A DNA stretch of 64,000 nt from Octopus vulgaris (lineage: Eukaryota), in NCBI GenBank assembly GCA_951406725.2, contig OX597816.1:143654001-143718000 (forward strand). The letters run 5' to 3'. The translations under genes and the position numbers were made by a program. Position 1 is the stretch's first letter. Each line of letters opens with the position of its first letter. The notes beneath the pieces are model-generated. The model did no database searches. It had not been told where the DNA came from and saw only the letters and a list, made by a program, of their open reading frames with translations. Positions 14,080 to 25,670 of the stretch are shown in pieces.

Positions 14080-14840
14080 GAATGTTTTCGTTAAAACGAA
14101 ATATCTTAAACCTGAGGGATGACAGACGATTGACTATAAATCAAATAGCTAATCCTGTTAGCATATCCAGTGAGAGAGTTGAGAATACACAATGAACTTG
14201 AAACGACGAAGGTTTCTGCTTGGCGGGTGCCACGTCTTCTGACACCTAATTAAAAGCGCACCAGGACGATCGCATCACGAGAAAGTATGATTTTGTTTGA
14301 GACAGATCCAACTAATTTTCTTGTATGTTTCCTAACCCAAGATGAGTGTTGAGACAGAGACAGAGACAATCCAAGCAGTGAAAACACGCCTCCTCATCTG
14401 CTTCAAAGGCCAAGATCATTTCAAGGGAAGATGATAGCACCTGGTTTGGTAATGCCAAATGCATTGTTTCTTGACTATCTTCAAAAAGGCCACGTCATCA
14501 ATGGAAAGTACTATGCCAACCTACTGAGGCAATTACGAAAGGCTATCAAGACCAAACGCCCAGGAAAACTGCCGAAAAAAGTATTTTTTTCGCCAGGACA
14601 ACGCTTCAGCATGCAAATCCTTTGTTTCAATGGTTGCTGTGCGTAACTGTGGCTATGAACTGGTTGACCACACTCCCTGTTCTCCTGACTATCATCTGTT
14701 CTCCAACATGAAAAAACACCAAGAGACTGAAAAGGATCCAAACACTGCAACACCGATAGAAGAAGTGTGTGGATCGCATTTGGTCACATTCCATGAGTGT
14801 ATCTTGGTCAGCTTATGAACTTTTCTACCAACCCTCGAAT
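14080..14840 (+). mobile_element. Mariner transposon relic (3' part)
   Basis: WRVPRLLT, LDYLQKGHVINGKYYANLLRQLRKAIK, HTPCSPDYHLF. 3' TIR gtcagcttatgaacttttctaccaaccctcg. Same family as 29223-30346. Confidence 0.88.
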
Positions 14841-14896
14841 ATACGAAATTTTTGACGTATTTTCAACTTTTTCTCAGTTTATTGGTTTGTATTTTT

Positions 14897-14946
<50 letters not shown>

Positions 14947-14959
14947 GTATATATACATT

Positions 14960-15044
<85 letters not shown>

Positions 15045-15296
15045 GCTGGAGTTGAACTAGGGACAGCTGATGAAGGGGATTTTTCCTTGTGTAGTTTGTC
15101 TTGTACTCTGTTTTTCGTTGTAAAAAAATAGTCTGTTCCATGCTTGTTTTTCCGTTTTCGTTTCTCGTTGAGTTCTACGTCTATTTGTGGTGTCCTGTAC
15201 TCACGTATTTATATTTATGTATGCATGTATATATGCATGTAGATGTAGGTACGTACATATATGTATGTATGTATGCATATATCTTATTTATTACCC

Positions 15297-15343
<47 letters not shown>

Positions 15344-16079
15344 TATATTATGTGCGTGTATCTGTATTTACATATAAATATATATATGCATGTGAGTGTG
15401 TGTGCACATTTGTCTCTGTATCATAGCGTAAGTATTGTAAAGTATATATAATGTATATTTACAATTTAAGCATTATTTGATATAGAACGCAAGTCGCCGG
15501 GTAGATTAGACAAAGGTGTATTTTATTTAACAAAGAGAAAATTTGTCGCAGCCAAGAGCGAAACTCGAGTGCGTTTGCTTGCTTGCGTGTTTGTGTGTGT
15601 GTGTGTGTTTGTGTGCGTCTGTGTGTTTGTGTGTGTGTAATAAGAGTGTATATGAATAAAGAGTAGATCAAGAGCGTGAGAGACTACGCATGCGTACACG
15701 ACTTGTGCGTGCATGCTGCATCTGACTGACTGTATTCGTGCATGTTTTGTATTTGTGAAAGGCAAAATGCGTTCAAATATTGATTGTTCTCTCGCTGTGT
15801 CTCCGAGACCATTCAGTAAATGTACGTGTGGCGCGAAGTGCTTGGCTGAAAGGGATAGTAGAGGAGTCGGTAGGGGAAGTTGGTAGGAGGGGGTAATTCG
15901 GTGGTGACGGTGACGTGGTGGTGATGGTGGTTGTCTGTCTGTCTGTCTGTCTGTCTCTTTTCTTGCTCTCTCATTTATCTATCAGTCTATCTATTTCGAT
16001 TTCAGCTGTCACCTATCTGGGCTTTGATCCCGTATCACCCCCCCATCCATCACCTCCATCACCTCTTTTTGCCTGAATG

Positions 16080-17078
16080 AAAGTAACGACAGCAGGAACA
16101 GCAACAACACCAACAACAACAATAACAGCGTGGTTGGCCATGACAATGACATGAAGAATGTTAATAACAACGAGGACATCGAGAGCAGTCGCAGCAGCGT
16201 AGTAACGTCACCACCACCACCACCACCACCACCACCACCACCACCAAAAACAACAACAACAACAACAGTAAATAATAATAATAATAATAATGATAATAAT
16301 AATAATAATAATAATAATGGCAACAACAACAACAACAGCGACAGTAACAAACGTCCACAATAATGACAATGTCCACAAGCAAGAACAAAGAAAAACAAAA
16401 AAACAATATAAGTTAACATTAACTGTAGCAGCAGTAGCAGCCGCAGCAGCAGCAACAACAACAACAACAACAACAACAGCGACAACAACGTCGTTATTAA
16501 AACTTCAATGAGAATTGATTTTGAACAATGGAGCATGTTATAGAAATGGCAGACGAAAGGAAGGGTGGAGGAAATGGCGTCAATGCTGGTGGTGGTGATG
16601 ATGAGGATGAGGAGGAGGAGGAAGAAGGTTAGGGTTAGTAGGGAAACTGATGGGGCTGCATTTTAATTGTGCAGTCATAGGGGGTAGGAGCAGTGTAATT
16701 AAGAATGGCGGCAAAGACGGTAGTGGTTATGGTGGTGCTGCTGATGGTATCGGCGGCGGTGGTGGTAGAAATCGTAGTGGTAGTATGATATGGCAGTAGT
16801 AGTAGTAGTGGTGGTGGTGGTGGTGGTGGTAGTGTGATAATGATGCGATAGTGGTTTTGGTGTGGTACCTGCAGTAGTGCCTTGGTAGTAGTATGTCAGG
16901 GGAAATGATGATAACAATATAGTGGTGGAGGTGGTAGTAGTGATGATAATAGCAGTGGTGTTGGCGTAGGGTGATTGGGGTGGTAGGGGCAATGGTTATA
17001 GTCTGGAAGTGTTTTGACACAAGAGGTAGAAAAAAGACAATGATAGCTGTGCTCGATAGTAGTAGTAGCAGCAGCAGC

Positions 17079-17122
<44 letters not shown>

Positions 17123-17390
17123 GAGGAGGAGGAGGAGTAATAGTAGTAGTAAGGATAGTAGTGGTGATATCAGTAGTAATAGTAGCAGTAGCGATCCTAA
17201 TTTATGGTGGTAGTGGTGATATCTGTAGTAGTAGTAATAGTAGTAGTAGTAGTAACAAGGAATATTGAGGTATAGACAGTAGCGGTTGAGGTAGTAGTGA
17301 TAGTAGTATACCGATAGTTGTATAGGTAGTTTGGCGGTAGTAATGATGGTGGCAGTGGTTGTTGTTGTTGTGATGGTGGTAGTGGTTACC
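16080..17390. repeat. Mosaic trinucleotide low-complexity tract (CCA/AAC/AAT/GTA/GGT)n
   Basis: Direct inspection. Confidence 0.85.
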
Positions 17391-17541
17391 TTCTTTTCAG
17401 TCAGCCTCCATTGGGAAGACTTATGACGAAAGGCGAGACAACCCAACTGTGACTCTCCGGTTCATTTCAATGCAGACTTGGTGTCTAGAATTGTCATGGG
17501 TAAACTGCAGTTTGCTGGACTAGCAAAAAATTACCTTGAAT

Positions 17542-17700
17542 AAGGGACGGACTGAACCGTCGTTCAATCGGACACTGCCCGAGGGCCTGGGGCTCTGAGG
17601 GGTCCCACACTCTACATGTTAACTCTACTAAAACACACATTCAAAGGGGCCCGGTAAACAGTTATGCCCGAGGGCCCTTAATACTCTCAGTCCGCCCCTG
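17542..17700. mobile_element. hAT-type MITE with 8-bp TSD
   Basis: TIRs aagggacggactga / tcagtccgcccctg. TSD ccttgaat (17534-17541) / ccttgagt (17701-17708). Confidence 0.75.
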
Positions 17701-18379
17701 CCTTGAGTATTTTTTTAGTAGTGCCGCTGGCCTCATGATGAACCATGTCTCATGCGATCCATTTTCGAAAAAGGTTGCCCATTCCTGATCTACATGCACA
17801 ATGAACAAAGGAAGTAAAGACTTAAACGACCATCTTAGAATTCAGACACAGTCAATGGAATCAAATTATTTGACGCCGATAATGATGATGTTGATGAATG
17901 CATCTCTGTTTATACGCGGTTGGGATTGAGTTTGGGCAAATTTGGGTTACTCTTTCTAGCATATGGGGCAACCACGTAGAAGCTTCCGGTGAGAATGATA
18001 GCGAAGGAGGGTGAAGGAGTGACAGTATTTTTTATTAAAAAATTTTTCGGGGCCTTTGATTATGCAAATAGTAGTAGTAGTGGAGATGGTAGTAGTAGTA
18101 CTAGTAGTGGAGGTGGTGGTAGAGTAGTGGTTGTGGTCGTAGTAGAAGAGGGGGAGGTGGTGGTGGTGAATATGGAAGAGTGAAGAGGTAGATTTGACGA
18201 GACGAACGGTAGCTGAAAGAAGGGGGAAGTGACGAAGGGGAACAAAGGTGAGAAATGAAGGAGCAAAAGAGGAAAAGAGAGGGAGAGAGAGAAAGACAGG
18301 GAGAGAGGAGGGAACAGAAAAGCAATTGGATGCACATGTATGTATTAATGTGCCTTGTGCGTGCATATGCGTGTAAATA

Positions 18380-18410
<31 letters not shown>

Positions 18411-19449
18411 GTGCGTGTGCGTGCGTGTGTGTGTGTGCGTGTGTGCGTGTGCGTGCGTGTGTGTGTGAGTAGTTACTGAGCTGAGTCAGCAGATATAATT
18501 TGTATGAATGACTTCCTTGATCTGACTAAATGAATGACTGGATGTCTGAATATCTGAGCGAATGAATGAATGAATGTGCTGATGAATGATTGAAATAATT
18601 GGATGAATGAATAAACGAACGAATGGCAAGCGGGCACGCAGGCAGAGAGAGAGAGAGAAAGGAAGAGAGAGAGAAGGAGAAGGGAGGCAGGCATCATTCG
18701 ATCGATATATGTATATGCAGCTTCACAGTGTCTTTGTCATTCATGTAAGAGCCACTTCACCAGCCGTTGTCCCTGAGAGTAAACCTTATGGAACAAATGC
18801 ATTCCATTCTTTATGGCTTTTATCGATTCAGATACACACACATGCACACGTGTTAATTAACCTACCATATTATATTACTTTCATATATATCTGTATGCAC
18901 GCTTATGAGTATGTGTGTGGTTGTGTATGTCAGTGTGTATGTATGAATGCATATATAAATGTGTATGTAGGCGCATATTTATTTTTCATTATTTCAACAG
19001 AACCCTTGAACATTTTCTCGTTTGTTAACTGAAAATGCCCCCACCAAGAAGAAAAAAAAATCACTACATAGAATCAATAAAAAATGCACCGACATACATA
19101 CAGACATACGTTCATAGATATACATACACGCTCTCTTTTTTTTTCTTCGTAAACTCCACCGTTGTTTCTTTGTTTTCACATATTTTTTATATCTATTATT
19201 ATTGTAAATTATATTTTATATATACTTTATTATCATTACAACTCTGACAGAGCAGTTTTACAGCCATGTGGTTTGAGTAAAGTGTTGTAAGTAGTATAAT
19301 GGCCAATTGAAATTCGTGCGTGCGTCTGTCCTCCTGTCTTCCTCTTCATGTTACAGAATTGGAAAGAGACTTCCACCTACAGTTTGCTGAGTTCTTTAAA
19401 AAAAACACACACACATACGAACGCGCGCACACTCACACAGACATACTCA

Positions 19450-20260
19450 CACGCGAGCACGCACACACACGCGCGCACGCACACACACGCGCGCACGCAC
19501 ACGCGCGCGCGCACGCACACACACGCGCGCACGCACACACACGCGCGCACGCACACACACGCGCGCACGCACACACACGCGCGCACGCACACACACGCGC
19601 GCACGCACACACACGCGCGCACGCACACACACGCGCGCACGCACACACACGCGCGCACGCACACACACGCGCGCACGCACACACACGCGCGCACGCACAC
19701 ACACGCGCGCACGCACACACACGCGCGCACGCACACACACGCGCGCACGCACACACACGCGCGCACGCACACACACGCGCGCACGCACACACACGCGCGC
19801 ACGCACACACACGCGCGCACGCACACACACGCGCGCACGCACACACACGCGCGCACGCACACACACGCGCGCACGCACACACACGCGCGCACGCACACAC
19901 ACGCGCGCACGCACACACACGCGCGCACGCACACACACGCGCGCACGCACACACACGCGCGCGCGCACACACACGCGCGCACGCACACACACGCGCGCAC
20001 GCACACACACGCGCGCACGCACACACACGCGCGCACGCACACACACGCGCGCACGCACACACACGCGCGCACGCACACACACGCGCGCACGCACACACAC
20101 GCGCGCACGCACACACACGCGCGCACGCACACACACGCGCGCACGCGCACACACGCGAGCACGCACACACACGCGCGCACGCACACACACGCGCGCACGC
20201 ACACGCGCGCGCACACACACACATACGCGCGCGCGCGCCCACACGCACGCACGCACGCAC
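19450..20260. repeat. 18-bp minisatellite (GCGCGCACGCACACACAC)n, roughly 40-45 copies
   Basis: Near-perfect tandem array, alternating purine/pyrimidine. Confidence 0.97.
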
Positions 20261-21188
20261 TTCACTGCTGGACGATTTCTGCTACTGATATACTGTCCTT
20301 TTTAGCACTATACGTTCTATACAAGATGCTTTCTCGTGACGAACACCACAGTTGTGTGGCTTACTACAGAGTATCCTCGTTAAATGAGATAAGTCGAATC
20401 ATATGTGTGTGTATGTATGTGCGTGCGTGTGCGTGCGTTTATTTCCATATATATGTATATGTGTGTGCGTGTGTGTGCGCGCACACACACACATATACAT
20501 ACATACATGCATACATACATACATACATACATACATACATAGAAAGAGAGAGAAAGAAAGAGTCAACAGATGAGACCCAGGGCTGCTCAATATAGAAAAC
20601 ACATCGTGGCACTCAAATGATTTGAACTTACACACCGAAATCTTTAACGAGGACTAAGTAGCAGGGTAAAGTGTAGCTATAAGAGGAATCCAGGCGAGCA
20701 TATATGGAGATAATGATGCAAATAAACAATTCAACCGTTTGAGCTAGATATATGCTTCCAGTCGTATGGAAGCATATAAACATCAGTAGATCCAACATCT
20801 GTCTTTTGGATGAAGAGATGGTTAGATACTTATGGCTGCATATTCTTGACCTTTTGTGAACTACATCTACCAACGTTATGAAGTAATTCCTAGCCCCCAG
20901 ACACAGCTGTCAGACCTGAAACATCATACGTTCCCCTTAATTTTCTGTCTTTGTATTTTGTGTGAGTTTTTTTTTGTTTTTTTTTTTTCTGTTTATATAT
21001 AAATATCTACATATTAACATAAGGGGGATCAGCCATCTGAATGTGGCTAGGGTCAGGGCGGGGTGGTGGGGGTGTTACTGATGCATTTAGCCCCAGGCGA
21101 ACATCAACGTCACCAGAAGAGCTGACACCATCTCGGTGTCCTTGCCAGCTTGCAAAGGGAGATCAGCCTCCCGAAGATACGGATACTA

Positions 21189-21231
21189 CACACGGACCGG
21201 TTTCGAGGTTATTGCCTCTTGTCAACGTATG
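21189..21231 (-). ncRNA. Minimal type I hammerhead ribozyme, U3-A8 core variant
   Basis: Reverse complement of 21547-21589. Confidence 0.75.
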
Positions 21232-21546
21232 GTAAGCACCGCTCCTCGTTGAGGGACTCTCTCTACAGGCTGGATATATAGATTTTCACAGTAACCACAG
21301 TCACTGGCGTAGAAAATCCGTTCGAAAACAATAACAAATCTCTGAGCGAGATATAAACAGTAACTGCTCTATAACATAAGGGGGATCAGCCATCTGAATG
21401 TGGCTAGGGTCAGGGCGGGGTGGTGGGGGTGTTACTGATGCATTTAGCCCCAGGCGAACATCAACGTCACCAGAAGAGCTGACACCATCTCGGTGTTCTT
21501 GCCAGCTTGCAAAGGGAGATCAGCCTCCCCGAAGAGCGGTGCTTAC

Positions 21547-21589
21547 CATACGTTGACAAGAGGCAATAACCTCGAAACCGGTCCGTGTG
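21547..21589 (+). ncRNA. Minimal type I hammerhead ribozyme, U3-A8 core variant
   Basis: catacg-TTGACAA-gagg(caataa)cctc-GAAAC-cg-GTC-cgtgtg. Confidence 0.75.
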
Positions 21590-21859
21590 TAGTATCCGTA
21601 TCTTCGGGGAGGCTGATCTCCCTTTGCAAGCTGGCAAGGACACCGAGATGGTGTCAGCTCTTCTGGTGACGTTGATGTTCGCCTGGGGCTAAATGCATCA
21701 GTAACACCCCCACCACCCCGCCCTGACCCTAGCCACATTCAGATGGCTGATCCCCCTTATGTTATAGAGCAGTTACTGTTTATATCTCGCTCAGAGATTT
21801 GTTATTGTTATCTACATATTTATACGGGAATATTCATCGTCTGAATACTTTTAGTCCTT

Positions 21860-22247
21860 GTGGAGGCGCAATGGCCCAGTGGTTAGGGCAGCGGATTCGC
21901 GGTCGTAGGATCGCGGTTTCGATTCCCAGACCGGGCGTTGTGAATGTTTATTGAGCGAAAACACCTAAAAGCTCCACGAGCTCCGGCAGGGGATGGTGGT
22001 GATCCCTGCTGTACTCTTTCACCACAACTTTCTCTCACTCTTACTTCCTGTTTCTGTTGTACCTGTATTTCAAAGGGCCGGCCTTGTCACTCTCTGTCTC
22101 ACGCTGAATATCCCCGAGAACTACGTTAAGGGTACACGTGTCTGTGGAGTGCTCAGCCACTTACACGTTAATTTCACGAGCAGACTGTTCCGTTGATCGG
22201 ATCAACCGGAACCCTCGTCGTCGTAACCGACGGAGTGCTTCCTTCCT
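21860..22247 (+). mobile_element. tRNA-derived SINE with 14-bp TSD
   Basis: A-box TGGCCCAGTGG, B-box-like GTTTCGATTCC. TSD tacttttagtcctt at 21846-21859 and 22248-22261. Confidence 0.9.
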
Positions 22248-22281
22248 TACTTTTAGTCCTTATTTTATCGCTATTTACATG

Positions 22282-22314
<33 letters not shown>

Positions 22315-23361
22315 TTTGTATATCTAACCCAAGCGATTAATTTGTTCATTTGCACCATTGCCTATGAATGGTGCACCATTGCACCATTCATATACATACC
22401 TATATGTATGTATATGAAAAATATGAGGGGTTTAGTTCACTGATGATCTAAACCAATATGTACGCTGTATGCGCTATATTAGGGATCCGTAGTGGGCTTC
22501 TGAGTCAACAGATATATATTAGCAGTGTGTGTGTGTGTGTGTGTGTGTGTGAACGAATGGTACGTGGACGACACATGTTAGCCACTCAGAAATACACAAA
22601 GACTTAACTTCACTTAAGCGTTTATTCTTTGGTGTAAAACTCACGGTTACTCAATGGTTACCTCACTTCGGCCTGTCTCTAGGTAGAAATGCCGGAGACT
22701 CAGAGAGAGGTATTCGGGTTGCACAAGTATTTATTACATAATTCAATGACGTACAGATGTCTCTTTATGGTGACCTTAATCGTTATTCCATATACTGAAA
22801 ATCCTATGGTGATACAAGATTGGTGACGTGTGCAGACCTAACCAGTCGGAAGCGTACAGTAAGTTACAACTCCCATCTGTCACATATGCCCCAAACCATG
22901 CTGATCTGCAACAAGACTGTATAGTCATATCTATGAGGTCATGGACAGAAAGTTACAAATGCTATCGACCAGAAGAAAGCACAAGAAGACGGTAATCATC
23001 CTATGAAAATGGAGCAATCTTCATAAATACATGCATGCATACATACATACATACCTGCATACATGCATGCGTAAATACATACATACACACATACATACAC
23101 ACATACATACATACATACATACATACATACATACATACATACATACATACATACGTACATACATACATATCTTTAAAATTTGTTTATGAGAAGCGTTTTG
23201 AATATGCAAATAAAGCTCCTATTATGCTGGCCTCAGTCTATATGATGCTGACTGGCGATACTAGTTTTTCGGGGTTGCATCGAGCTGTACCGATATAATG
23301 AAGGGTAAATATAACAATAAAAAGAATAATTCTTGAATGGAATTTATAAATTCCATCCAAG

Positions 23362-25225
23362 GATTATTATTATTGTATCTTTATCACAGGTTTTGTTGGA
23401 GCTCCTGGAGTATTGCATGCGTAGCGGGCTTACTACCTGCAGCCCACGGCACCATGCTATTCATTCTTTTCAGCTATCCAATACTTTCCTGATTATTCTG
23501 GCCGTGTCAAGGAGGTAAACCTTTTGTAACAGTTCTTATGGGCACTCTATTCCAATTTCCTTTATATTCCCCCTTGATGCCTTCTGATACTGTTCCCAAA
23601 GACCCAACAATAATTGGTACTATCTTCACCCTCTTCATTTTTCATAGACGGGCTATTTCGTACTTAAGAGGGTTGTATCTATCGCTTTCTTTCTTGACTA
23701 TTCGTGGGTCAAAGGAGCATGCGATATCAACTATAAAGCCCATGTAGTGCATCTTGTCCACCACCACTAGGTCCGGTCTGTTATGCTCTAGCATCTGAGC
23801 TGTTTGGATTGGGAAATCTCAGAAGATTTTGCTAGTGTTCGATTCTGTCACTCTCTGCGGTTTGTGCTCATACCACGTCTTGCCTCTTTTTCAGTTTCCA
23901 ATGTAGCACTTTCGCTGCCTGATCCAAATTGTAGTAATTTTGGGAAAGTCCAAGGCATTCGTTCGTGATATGAGCAACGGTTTCATCCATCCTATTGCAG
24001 ATGCGGCAGAGCATTTCTAAGGTTGAGCCTCCAGTTCATAATCAAAGTTTGGTCTTGCACTGCTAGTATAGTGCTCTCGGTCTCTTTATTCCTTTCATCC
24101 CACCTATTTTTTTCAGCAACTTCTGTTGTGACTACATGGAATTGCTTCTGTAATCCCTTCTCGCGTAATTCTTCTTCATATCCTTTTTATAATTCTTCTT
24201 TTGTTTTCCATTTTTCTCTGCTCTCAATATTCCCTCGTTCCTAACTGTCGCTAGTAAGGTTTCCTTACTTTGGGCTAGGTATCTTATTAAGCTCTCGAGT
24301 TCGATATGCACGCAGTCTTCCACACTTATCAGTCCCCTTCCTCCATTTGCTTCTCTATATGCGATCAGTGTCTGCACGTGGAAGATGGGCACCATGCATC
24401 GTTATGAGCTTTCTTGACTTCCTGTCCATCTCCTTTAGCTCCTACATTGTCCACTTCAGGATTCCAGCGCCATACCGAACTACTGCGACTGCACGCGAGT
24501 TTATTGCCGAAATTATGTTTCTGACATTCAGTTTTGAAGCCACTATTTTTCTCTTTCTCTGCAGATACTCTCTTTTTGTCTTTTACTTCATGTCGTGGTG
24601 TTTGATTCTATCTGCTTCAAGTATTCCCAGGTATTTATAGCTGGATTGAGGTTGAATTGCCAACATCATTTTACCACTTGGCAAATATATGCCTTCTGTC
24701 CGGGCAAGCTTTCGTCGTCTCATCACCAGCATAGCAAATTTTGAGAGTTCAAACTCCATCTTAATATCATCGGAGAAAATCTGCACAGACTGGACTAGGC
24801 TGTCCAGTTCTGCCTCAGTAGTTGTGAATAGCTTCAGGTCGTCCATGAATAGCATGTGGTTCAGTTTTCCCTTACCTCTTCCGAGATCATACTCCGATTT
24901 TGCTTTCTGTACCATTCAACTCAAGGTCATTCCCGATACGAATATCAGTGGGGACACAATGCTCCCCTCCTAGTACTTACTTCCCTGCTGTCAATTCCGT
25001 TCTCCAGCATTTTATACTATTCCATATAAGGATTCTCATATTTTCTGCTACTCCATACGTTTCCATTGTTCTTATTATCCAGGAGTGTGGTATCATATCG
25101 TATGCTTTGCGATAGTCAACCCATGCCATACTCAGGTTTTTATGTCTTCTCTTGCAGTTCCTGGTAATTAGATTATCAATTAAGAGCTGATCCTTCGTTC
25201 CCCGGATCCTTTTTCAGCACCCTTT
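23362..25225 (-). mobile_element. R4/Dong-like non-LTR retrotransposon A (RT 3' half, CCHC, restriction-like endonuclease), decayed
   Basis: NHMLFMDDLKLF, YKYLGILEAD, GGRGLISVED, CRICNRMDETVAHITNEC, HNRPDLVVVDK, VPIIVGSLG, ARIIRKVLD. Ends in (TAA)n. Confidence 0.88.
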
Positions 25226-25588
25226 CTTCAGGTTGAGTAGCCGAGCCTGCTCCAAAGATCCTTGAATAAGGGTTGTTTAAGGATGATGAACAAAACATCC
25301 ATGTTTCAAAATGTGAATTATTCAGACCCCAAATAATTTTTCTCGACACATGGCTATAATGCTCCCCTACCACTTCTGCTCTTGATCAGAGATGCACATC
25401 TCGTCAGCCACCAAGAGACATGCTCAACTGGTTAAGGTCAAGAAACTAATAAGCTAATCTGTGGTATGGAGCAGAATATTTGCTGTAGCTCATATTTTAT
25501 ACCAAGACAAAACAATGTACATGATAACACTGCCAATCAGTTAAGATCAGAAGCCATGAGAATTACTGCCTGGAAATGTATCAGGGCA

Positions 25589-25589
25589 T

Positions 25590-25663
<74 letters not shown>

Positions 25664-25670
25664 TTATTAT
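25589..25670. repeat. (ACT)n/(ATT)n tract at the 3' end of element B
   Basis: Direct inspection. Confidence 0.9.

Larger units (their letters stand above)
21016..21808. mobile_element. Non-coding HHR-bearing element (Penelope-pLTR/retrozyme-like): ~1.45 tandem copies of a 357-bp unit plus an inverted copy, with 12-bp TSD
   Basis: Unit starts at 21016 and 21373 (period 357). Inversion junction at ~21534. TSD tatctacatatt at 21004-21015 and 21809-21820. Confidence 0.9.

Noticed and set aside
15060-15140. ggacag-CTGATGA...ctgttcc hammerhead candidate
   Set aside because: No GAAA/stem III after the putative stem II
16006-16540. Possible Asn/Pro/Thr-rich exon after a pyrimidine tract and TTTCAG
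   Set aside because: The frames checked from the acceptor hit stops early. The content is trinucleotide repeats with no recognisable domain.
19320-20595. Long ORFs (272-415 aa) on both strands
   Set aside because: Translations of the stop-free 18-bp minisatellite
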